This document shows positions 53,848 to 64,000 of a stretch of DNA of 64,000 bases, in pieces. The stretch's first letter is position 1. Every line of letters begins with the position of its first letter. The notes beneath the pieces are model-generated. The model was not told where the DNA came from. It did no database searches and saw only the letters and a list, made by a program, of their open reading frames with translations. Source of the stretch: Trichoplax adhaerens (taxonomy: Eukaryota > Animalia > Placozoa); NCBI RefSeq assembly GCF_000150275.1, contig NW_002060945.1, positions 8,200,011-8,264,010 on the forward strand, written 5' to 3'. Both the position numbers and the translations under genes were made by a program.

Positions 53848-56800
53848 TTTAGTTGTTAAAGGTAGTTCTAATAATCAGAAGCTTGCCAGTTTCTTCTATT
53901 ATGCCAAAAATATAAATTTTAAAAACTGAACGCCTTAAATTAACGTCTTGAATCATGCACCTTTTTTAAGATTTAGATATATATCAGCGTGTAGAATATT
54001 TATTAAAATACAGAATTGATAGCTTTCGAAGTCATTTCTAGTAATACTCTGAGGTAGTTAAAGTAGTGCACTCGCTTAGGAATTGGAGGAAAATTAGTTT
54101 TCTATTACACATATCAATCTAAATGCCATATTGTAAAGGTTTAAAATTTCTCGCTTATAAATCCTATGCAGATATATCTTTATATGAATAGGAAAAGCAG
54201 AGCAAAATTATAATCGGTTGGTATAGTACATGTATTCCGATAAAGAGGTAGAAACAATGTTTTAATTTTGCAATTGTTTTCCTCAAAATCACGACAGATT
54301 TACAAACCGAAACTTTAATCCTGTATTGAAGATAAAATGTTATTCTGACAAAGTCCCACAAAACTCCAAATCTCTAGCTGGTTAAGAACTTGCCCCGTTC
54401 GTCTTACCATATATTTATTTAAGATTTATGTAGCCATTTGTGGCTTACACTAAAAATCATACATGGTAATATTTTTATCATCTTATGGTACCCTTATCTT
54501 TAAGAGTCTAATATCATAAATTACCGTAGACAACCAGCGGAAACTTGTAATAAATTGAGTATCATACATTAGTGTCTGTAATTACCTTAAATTACGTAGT
54601 AACCTTTGAAGTTTAATATATCTGAACTACGTTTCCTTTATTGAAGTGCGTAATACAAGTGTATTTATATGATTCATTTACGATAAAATAAATCACTTAA
54701 TGATATCTAGAATTTCAAAACTATAACTACTAGTAGAGTTTACGTTGTTCAAAAGTACACCAGCAGAAGGTTGAAATAGTAAGCGACGCATCACGTTCAT
54801 ACTGTACGGTATATACGTAGTAGACATGTCGGTTAGTAAGCTAAATAATAAGTTTTAAACAGTATTTCAAATCTAGCAAAATTAATATAATTGTATTAAA
54901 GTATTTCGATGATTACAATGTATCAAACCAGCACAACGAGAGATATGTAACATCCGGATCTTAACGATTTAAGATTATCAACCTAAATAGTCAATTTTGT
55001 GTCTTCATACGCGAATTACTAATATTTGAAGTGCATTCAACTGATCCCGTTGCATTAAAATTATGCAATGAAATAAAATTCTTTCTATTAGCTCTATCTA
55101 GAACAATAGCACATGGTGACTAATTTGAAGATCAATATAAAGGCGTCATGCCGAGGATTGTCGAGCAAATTGTTTCCGATCTATTGGCGTTATATGCGTC
55201 TGATAATCAATTCAACCTAGAAGACGAGACGCTTTCAATAACTGCCTTAGGCAATGAAATTTTAGTGGATCTTTAGCCAAATTGAATTTGGTAGTCCTTC
55301 CACAAGGTAATGCTACAATAAAAAAAATTGATTTTACTATTTTAGCACGTTTATTTACCATGGATGGAAACTTACAGTCAAGAGTGATTAAAAGATCACT
55401 TCATTTATTAATTCAATTAAACTATCATTCTCATTTAATTAATAATCGTACCATACCTTTAAATTTGTTATGAATGATGAAATATCCTAATTTACCTTAA
55501 TCCAGCCTTAACACGAGCCACTCTTTACTACGATGGTAGCAATTACATGGGAAACGACTAGGGATGCTGATGAAATTATCGTTATCACCGATCTATTCAC
55601 TTTGAGCATCGATGGAGACGATAATTGCCCTTGGGCAATATTTATTCTATTTGCTGTCATAATGATATACATCATACAGTGTACGACACTTGCAGATACG
55701 GTAACTTATCATATAGCGTATTTTTCTATTTCGCATTGCATTCGCCAATTCTAAACTTAACTGTATTATACTAAAGAGTACAATCATTTGCGAATATCAA
55801 ACCATCTCGACACGCATTATAGTTAATCCTGCTGTAGTGTTACTTAGTAAATTAGTTCCATTCCAAAAGGCTTCATAATACCGCTGATTTCAACCCCTAA
55901 CTTGTTGCACGTATTGTAAAAATACGAAAGCTCAAAAAATAGAAATGGCAATTCTATTCACTTAAAATGTTAATTTCATTTAACAATAGCGCGGTAATAA
56001 GTAAAGTATCATGTGGTGATCACATTTATTTTCGATACTATTTATGGCCTTCTCGATAAGAAATCATTAGTATTCATCTTATTATTATTGTTTTCTATAT
56101 ATTGGTTATATTCATTAAAATTAAATTAGTCCAACTTAAATGTATGCATAGGGACGGAAGTATCCAGAAAATTGCTATCAAAAGTATTAATATTGGTTGC
56201 TAAAATGGAGAGCACAGGTACTGTTGCGTTTCTAAAGATTTAATTTATAATCTTTTGGCAACATATTTATAAAAAAGAGGATACAGATAGTTCATAAATT
56301 GCTCTTTGATACTGGAAAAAGGGTAAAGTAGTAATACCGATTCACTGCTAGTACCATAAGCTGCTGCTCTAGATGCTCTTAAATTGCTCTTCGTAGAAAC
56401 TGTTATACAGATTAAATTTTCAGCCTAATGCTACTTTGATCTTATCGCAAATACTAACCGATTACTATCACTACTTGTTTATACAAAAAATTACTATATT
56501 ATCAGTACATTCATGTAAAGTTGTACGAGAGAGACATTTTAGTAAATAATAAGCATATAGGTATAGAATCCAATACTAAATATAGCCAAGAATCAAAATT
56601 GAAAGGTTGTGAGAGAATAGTCCAAGCTGTGCTTTAGATTGTGAGACGATACTAGTGTCTCCTATATTTGTAGATGATATTTTAAGGCACGTACTGGATC
56701 TATCCTACTGCAATGCTTGCTTGTATTGCAACACTGATATCTTAATAGATTCTATTGGGTTATTTGGAATTTGAAAGATTTACTGTCGCGATTTCATTAA

Positions 56801-58100
56801 AGTACTTGCTATAACATTTTTGAGACACTATTACAACATAAAAATTTACTAAATTAGCTCTGTAGCGTTCAAAATTATTTTGATTACCTACACAAGTAGA
56901 TATAGAATAAATAATACTACTTCATGATATCATTTATGAATAGATAAAGGTCAGAAATCCTATATTTTGATATTATCTAGTATTGAATGTTTTTTAAATG
57001 TCAAACCCACTGTGAATGCGAGGATAGTGCATATGATAAATGCAAAAGTAACTTCTCAAAAAGGCAAAAAAGAAACTTAGACTAAAAGCTTATTCTGAGA
57101 TGCGAATACAGCAAACTTTAATAAAGACTAATATAACTTTATGCTGCTATAATAATTTCATTAGTTATATAAGAATAAAATATAGTATATAAGATAACAG
57201 GCAATTTTAAGGAAGGTTAATTTTAAAATTTTCCCTTACAGCCATTATTGCATAAAGCTGTATTGTTTTTCCAGTTTCAGATTTACGCTTACCGATCGTA
57301 GTTGCATTTGTACCATACTAGACTCTGTAGTTGATAATTGTAGATAAAACGCCCTTATAGCTAGATTAGGATTACACTATTAATTTAGTGACATTAAGTA
57401 ATTAAGGGCAGTTTGCAAAATGACAGATTTCGCATACGGTCTCGTTCATATTAAAGGAATAGTAATACTCTTCAAAAATTAATATCAGTAGTGCATGTTA
57501 AGTAGCTGTGAAGTTATGCAGATATAAAATGCTCCGTATATTCAGTTGTAAGTAATTCAGTTTTGTATTTTATTTTTTGCTTATTAGATTGATGGAGACA
57601 TTATCAACGTGTCTCCTTCTGATTTATACGCATATTGCACTCATTGCTCGCTGTATCTTCGTGTATTTATTGATTCTTATTAGTTTAATAGGCATTTTCT
57701 TATAAATTACGTAAGTTCAACGTAATGACACCGCAGTTGTAGTAGAAAAGATCATTTTATTATTTCTCTTTAAATCCCTAAAATACGTTAGGAAATCTAC
57801 AATCTTCTACTTATGGTTTATTCCAAACTTTAATAAATTACCATAAATTTCGTTACCGGTATAGATGTTATTATAATTAATTAATAGTATTAGAAATGTA
57901 GTAAAATTGGATCCTAAGCTTTAATCAGGTACTGTTGCGATTATGACTTGGTAAATTTTTATGCATGATTAATTGATTTAAAATTATTCAAATAGTCAAC
58001 ATTCGTATGGTGTGTTATTCGGTTTTACACGATATATTCGTAAATCTCGATCGTACAATAAAAAAGGAAGATTCTAAGTTTCCTCTATCTGATCTAATAG

Positions 58101-61100
58101 TCCAATCACTCCTAAGTGAACTGGAAGCAGCAAATGATATCAAAGCAATTTTCGATCTTGCAGAAAAGCTGAACTTAGACGATGTCGATGGAGATGATAT
58201 TTTACTATTAAAAATTCAAGTTAGGGAACACATATTCAAACTACAACCTAGTACGGATCAAACCACATTCTCTGACGTGAGTAATACAATCTTTGTATAC
58301 TAAATTATGAAGACAATCATTAGCATACTACATAGCTTAAATAAATGTTTTACTTCGAACATGTTTGGAATGATACATCCAATATTTACAAAGTCAGTTA
58401 TATTAGCATTTATTATGATATACAAAATAAAAAATGAAAGGTTAAAGTACTTTAAACCAAGTAAAATGCAATCCAAGACATAATTCTGATAATGTAAAGC
58501 CATTAAGTATATATATCTTATGTAGCAGATCTATCGTATTATCGTTCTGATAGATGTCAAAATATAGGATATAATTACGAAATAAAATAAGTCATAGCCG
58601 ATCGGAAGCGTTATTAATTTCATTTTAAATAAATAAAAGAAATTCCGCTAAAGAATTTATTAACTGAATAATCTTAAAAATGATCGGATATACCTGGAGT
58701 ATTTTCTATGAGTACTTTAATACCCTAAAATTATTGAGGCTTTAATCTTTAGAATTAGTACAATATTGTCAGCTATTTGTTGTGTTATATATGTAATCAG
58801 ACTAAATATGATACGCTAAGGCCTATGATTTACTACTGCAGTAAAATACATCAGTTTTCCAGATACTGTATAGAAAAATTCAAACGAAAATGATACTTGC
58901 CTATAAACTGTACAAATAAATTTAACAATACTTATCGTAGCAGCGACTACACTTATGAAGGTGATTAAACGGATCTTTGAGTGATCATAATTGTTAAACA
59001 TACATTAATCTTTTATCGCCTTGCCAGTCTTATATCTAATATGATTTTAAAGCAAGTATTTAATTAGTAGCCATCAGATATATGATGTACAAAGACTTTG
59101 TTACTCATCCAAGATGATGTTTAAACTTTCACGCTACCAACTATTGCCTATTCTGCCTCATTAACTTCTTATAAGAAGTTGAGAAATTAAATAGTAGAAC
59201 CATTAATACTGAAGAAACGAGAAATATTCTATCTAATCTTTACAAAGATACGAAATCTCTAGCAGAAAAATTTGATAAATCCCTTGACAGCGAAACAGAT
59301 TACCCTCAGAAGACAAACGTGGAGAAAATGCAATGTGATGAGTCGTCGTTGCTAGAAGAATTTAGGTATCCAATTCTTGTTATAGGTAGCATTTGTTTTA
59401 CCTAACCGTCTCTGATAATTTTACAACATTAAAGATCTATTTAGAGATGCTTTTGCAGTAGAATGTAAACTGGTATTTTAATTATGCCTTTATACCATAG
59501 AGTAATCATATCTTTATTTAAATTGCTAACACCGTATTCAACGAAAATTTTAATGGACTTCTAATCATATTTTAGGTGAAACTAGTGCTGGAAAATCCTC
59601 CTTTCTAAACTATCTACTTGGCATTGACATATTATCAGTTCATACGTTAAGTTGTACTAACAAAATATGTGAGTTAACGTATGGCAAGGAACCTCAAATT
59701 AAAATTATAGATACCTCGGATGGTAGACTTATCAAATCCAAAATTTGGACATCAGAAAATGAGCAAACTGCTATTCAAGAAATTCGATCGATAATTACAG
59801 AAGCAGGCCTCATTAAAGACTCCGGTACGGATAATCGAATTCAAGTTAATGAGATTAGCATCAATTTGTTAATTAGAATATATTGGCCATCTGAAATTTT
59901 GAAGGTAACATGAAAGTAATCTAATGACTTGAATTTGAATATATAGAATCGTACTCCATACCTACATCCCTTTTAATCATGAGTCGTTTATCTACCTAGA
60001 AAGTGATCAAATATTTGTCTTTTCAAGATTAACTATCCTTTCAGTGTAGAATTTTCAAATCTAAGATCTAATAAAATAATTAATTGTAATTTAATTTTTT
60101 CTATAATAATTACCATTATAGCATATTTAATCCTATGCAGCGATTTCTGTCTACGAAAAATACTTGTGAACAGTTATAGTTCATCACTTCCATCACTTTA
60201 TATGGTCTACGGAATTGCTACTTAATTGAACAATTTTTCTGTAGGGTGGTCTACAAATTGTTGATAGTCCAGGATTTGGTGAGCAAGTAGAACTGCCACA
60301 CGTTCTGAAAAACTATATCTATAAAGCTGTTAGTTACATCTTTGTTATCAATTCTGCCAATGCTGGAGGAATTCAGGAGGAGAGGGTAAAGTATAGTCTT
60401 ATCTATTGACATTAAACATAAAGAAAAACGGTTCGATAATAGCCTACTTAATTATTGATCACAGTTTAACCCATGTAATTTTGTTTCAGCTGCAGCAAGT
60501 GTTAGTTCGAATATCTAGCACTTTAAGGCAGGAAGGGTATCTAAATTTTAATCCATCTATGGCAATATTTATTTGCAACAAATGGGACACTGTACCTGTA
60601 GACGAGAGAAAATGTGTAAAAGATGACAGTTTGCAAAGGTTGAAACGGTGCTGACCAGGTATAATGGAATCTCAAGTAGTATTCTTATCCTGTGTTGAAT
60701 TATAGAAAGCTAAGACTGCCAACTATAATGGAATATTGCCACAAGAAGCTGTGCAGCTATTTAAACTGCTTTATAATTTGATTCCAATTAGTCATAAACA
60801 AAAACTATCCAGATTATACAGGTATGCATACCCGCTTAATCTTAAATTTTCAAAATAAATCTAAGATAATAAGCCATTCGATTTAATTTTAAATGTTATC
60901 ATCTATCAGCTGTTAAATTTTCAAATGATGGACTACGTTACTTAATTTTAAAGCTTCATCGTTGCTTTCGTTGAAGAAGTAAAAGAAACTTGTCGATACT
61001 ATCTGGAGCTCATGGAAAGCGAGTTAAAGGAAAACCAAATAAAATTACAACGGTTAGCGAAAACAACGCAATTATGCATCACAGAATTGTCTGTGGAAAA

Positions 61101-63404
61101 GAATAAAATAATCGACAGAATTGTTGATAAATATGTGAAACACATTAAAAGTGCTGATATTGAAGGTTTAACCACTTGGTCAGAGGATGATTTCTCAAAT
61201 GAAGAATTTGATGAAGATAATTTGAAGAAACTACAAGAGTGTGCTGCTACTAAAATTCAGGAACGATTAAATATTTATTTGCAACCTGCTGTTCAACAAA
61301 TACAGAAAGATCTCTATATCGAAAAGGATTCGTTATTAGAAAAGCTCACTACTAGACTAAACAAAATCAATGATCAGGTTCAGCTCAGATTAGTTGAACA
61401 GTCTGGAAAGGAAAATAAATTGCAAACGATTCATTTCGACTCAGATTCAAGAATTGGATATTCAAATTTCTCAGAATTGTACGGGTTCTATGATGTATGG
61501 GCTGATATGAATGCTGCCAAAAAAGTTACATTGGTTCTCACTAGTCCAGTGTGGATGGCTCCTGTATTTATAGCCAGATCGATATACCTTATTGCGATGC
61601 TAATAAAAAGTCAAAATCATCAAGAAGAGATTCAGGAATTTAAACAAAATAAAGCTAGAAAAATGAAAGAGTATACATTCATAGTTCTTGAACATATTAG
61701 TTCAGAAAATTTTGCTAGAAAATTTATTGTTGATACCTTTGATTCATTAGTAAATTCACTATTGATTAGCGTTAAAAAGAATATATTAGAATCATGCCAG
61801 TGTAGAGAGGAGGCTATTAAGAAAGTTTTAAAAGATAAGCGACCAGCTAAAGAACGCAGTAGACTCTATCGGCCAATTAAAAGACAAGCTGAAAATTTAT
61901 TAGCAAAATTAAAGAACTTTTATTTGCAACACTTAAGTGAATCATCGATTAAATTCGAAAATCTTCATGGATTTTGCGAAGAATCCGTTCCATTATCCTT
62001 TGGATTAAAAGTAAATTTATACCGGGCGAAATTTCAAAGAAATGGTCAATTGACTCCTGCTATAATCCAAGTTCCTGTTGATAAATCCGCGCACTCAATG
62101 CATGATTTTATCAGCGATTGCCAAATTATTAAGTAAGATATGATATTCGTTACTAAGAATAATGCAGCAAAATGAAAATTAAAATTTAATGATATTGTTT
62201 GCTTACCTTGAAAAATTATTGATTGATAAACTACTGTGTAATTATAAATAATAACTTCTACCATTACGTTCTGATTGATAATTAAATTCATTATACTATT
62301 TCTGATTATAAATAAATTAATCTTAAAATAAGATCACAAGAATCGCAATATTTCGCCAAATTTCTTGGTATTTACTATACTCCATCGCCCACAATAACGC
62401 CTATTGGAATTTTTAAAAATTCAATTTTAACCCTTCAAGACTTAATCCTAAACGATCAAACGATTGTCAGTGACACAGATAAAGATTTGACTAGATTAAA
62501 GAAGATTTATTTTATGGTTAATCAGATTATACAAGGTATCATGTATTTACATAAAAGTAAACTAATCCATGCCCATTTGACAGCTGGAAACATATTAGTA
62601 AATTGTACTGCTAAACAATCTCACAACTATAAGTATAGTGCACTATGGATACTTCAGACATTAGCTTGTAAAGTAGTTCAAGAGTAACAACATACCAGTT
62701 TTTCTAGATATCTACCTTAATAAATTAAAAATATCTAAATTTGGTCATGGTGCAGACAGTAATTTTTTTAGTGATTAAGATTGTCCAATGTCGACTTATA
62801 TTAAGCGATCTATTATTTATTGTAATAGATTATTTTCCGAGAAGATCAACTCGAATTAAAACTGTGTCATGCAACGACAGAATCTACACTCTATCAATGC
62901 AATAATTTCGAAAAATCAACAATTCACTATTATTTGGCTCCTGAAGTCTTAAAATGTAAGTGTATACATATATATATATATAATAGCTAATTAGCTAAAG
63001 TTATAGATATATAAAAGAATCGGTAACTTTATTTATACTATCCTAATTTCTGATATAGATCAAGTAATTTAATATGAGCAAATATTTTATCACAAACTTA
63101 GCCCATCGTATTTTATTCTATGCGATTAGATAATAGTTATGAAGAAGCTTTAGATATTTACAGCTTAGCCATCTTATTTTGGGAGATTTGGTATTGGAAA
63201 TTAATCGCTAATGCGTTCAACTGGAATATTGGTACTGATCACGATCAAAAGATAAAAGATTTATTTGCAACAAATGAACTTGTTCCTAAGCTTCATGAAG
63301 ATATGAGCAATATATGTGCCGATTCCCTAGCTATTGATCCAGAAAGGAGACCGGATATTAAATCTTGGCACCATAAGCTAGAGGAGGCGTTAAAGTCTCA
63401 TTGA
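58101..63404 (+). pseudogene. B4: full-length class B dynamin-pseudokinase gene with inactivating point mutations
   Basis: Exons 58101-58276, ~59175-59385, 59576-59904, 60245-60385, 60490-60821, 60954-62132, 62333-62597, 62829-62955 and 63130-63404. In-frame stops occur at 60652-60654 (RC*PG versus RCWPT in B1) and 60703-60705. The exon 3 acceptor is ttataa versus ttatag in B1. A possible exon 1 with ATG->ATA lies at ~57843-57858. Confidence 0.85.
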
Positions 63405-64000
63405 TAAAATTTTTAGAGGTTTCTCTTATTAATGGGTGATAATTTTTAAATCAATAATGTCGATTAGTTAGATATACAATTATCCGTCGATAGAGCTTCG
63501 AGGAAATCTCAGAATAAGTACTCGTCAGTATATAGGTTTATTAATTGCAGTGACCAATAGTAATTTGAAGGTAAAGATAATACGATAATAATTATATAGA
63601 GCTGGAGACATTGCCAGATAAATGCATAGTAGAATACAATATACAAACGATTGAATATGCTTATAGCAAGGATTGGATAAGAAATACATGTTTATAAATT
63701 ATTGATGTAATGGTTATAATTAAAAATATAAAATATCGTCTATGTGTGTATTTATTCTTATCTAGAGTGAGATATTGTATTATAGAATTATTTCTTACAC
63801 AAGAAAATCGCCATTATTACTCAACGTAGAAATATCAGACATTTATCAGCAACTGCACACGATATTAAATCTGATTTCGTGAAACTGTGTTAATGTAAGC
63901 CTGCATAAGATGCTGTACAAACTGTCACAAGAAATAACATTAATATTCTGTTATTATTATAAGATTACCATTATTAATGTAGCAAAATCTTTTAATCCCT

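Noticed and set aside
60652-60654. TGA in B4 as selenocysteine or readthrough
   Set aside because: It aligns to a conserved Trp (TGG->TGA), is followed by a second TAG stop, and the gene also has a mutated splice acceptor, so it is ordinary pseudogenisation.

Overview
AT-rich, intron-containing animal genomic DNA, very probably placozoan (Trichoplax-like): the first gene is apicortin (partial p25alpha + DCX), which among animals is known essentially only from Placozoa. A perfect RFX X-box lies just upstream of it. The remaining ~60 kb is a birth-and-death cluster of two paralogous classes of dynamin-like (bacterial-DLP/mitofusin-type Dynamin_N) GTPase genes. Class A (minus strand, 6 exons, ~790 aa) is GTPase + helical stalk + Gly-rich transmembrane hairpin. 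Class B (plus strand, 10 exons, ~990-1190 aa) is GTPase + stalk + C-terminal pseudokinase with all three catalytic motifs replaced (VAIK->IIQ, HRD->HxH, DFG->CH). Order: apicortin(-), A0 fragment(-), A1(-)/B1(+) head-to-head, B2(+), B3 orphan last exon(+), A2(-, frameshift or 41-nt intron), A3(-)/orphan B exon 2(+) head-to-head, A4 pseudogene(-)/B4 pseudogene(+) head-to-head. The duplicated unit appears to be a divergent A/B pair sharing a conserved intergenic element. This suggests an undescribed paired dynamin-like membrane effector / dynamin-pseudokinase system, possibly immune-related; that function is inference. Exon coordinates were derived by hand from GT-AG sites, frame continuity and paralog comparison, and no database searches were run.
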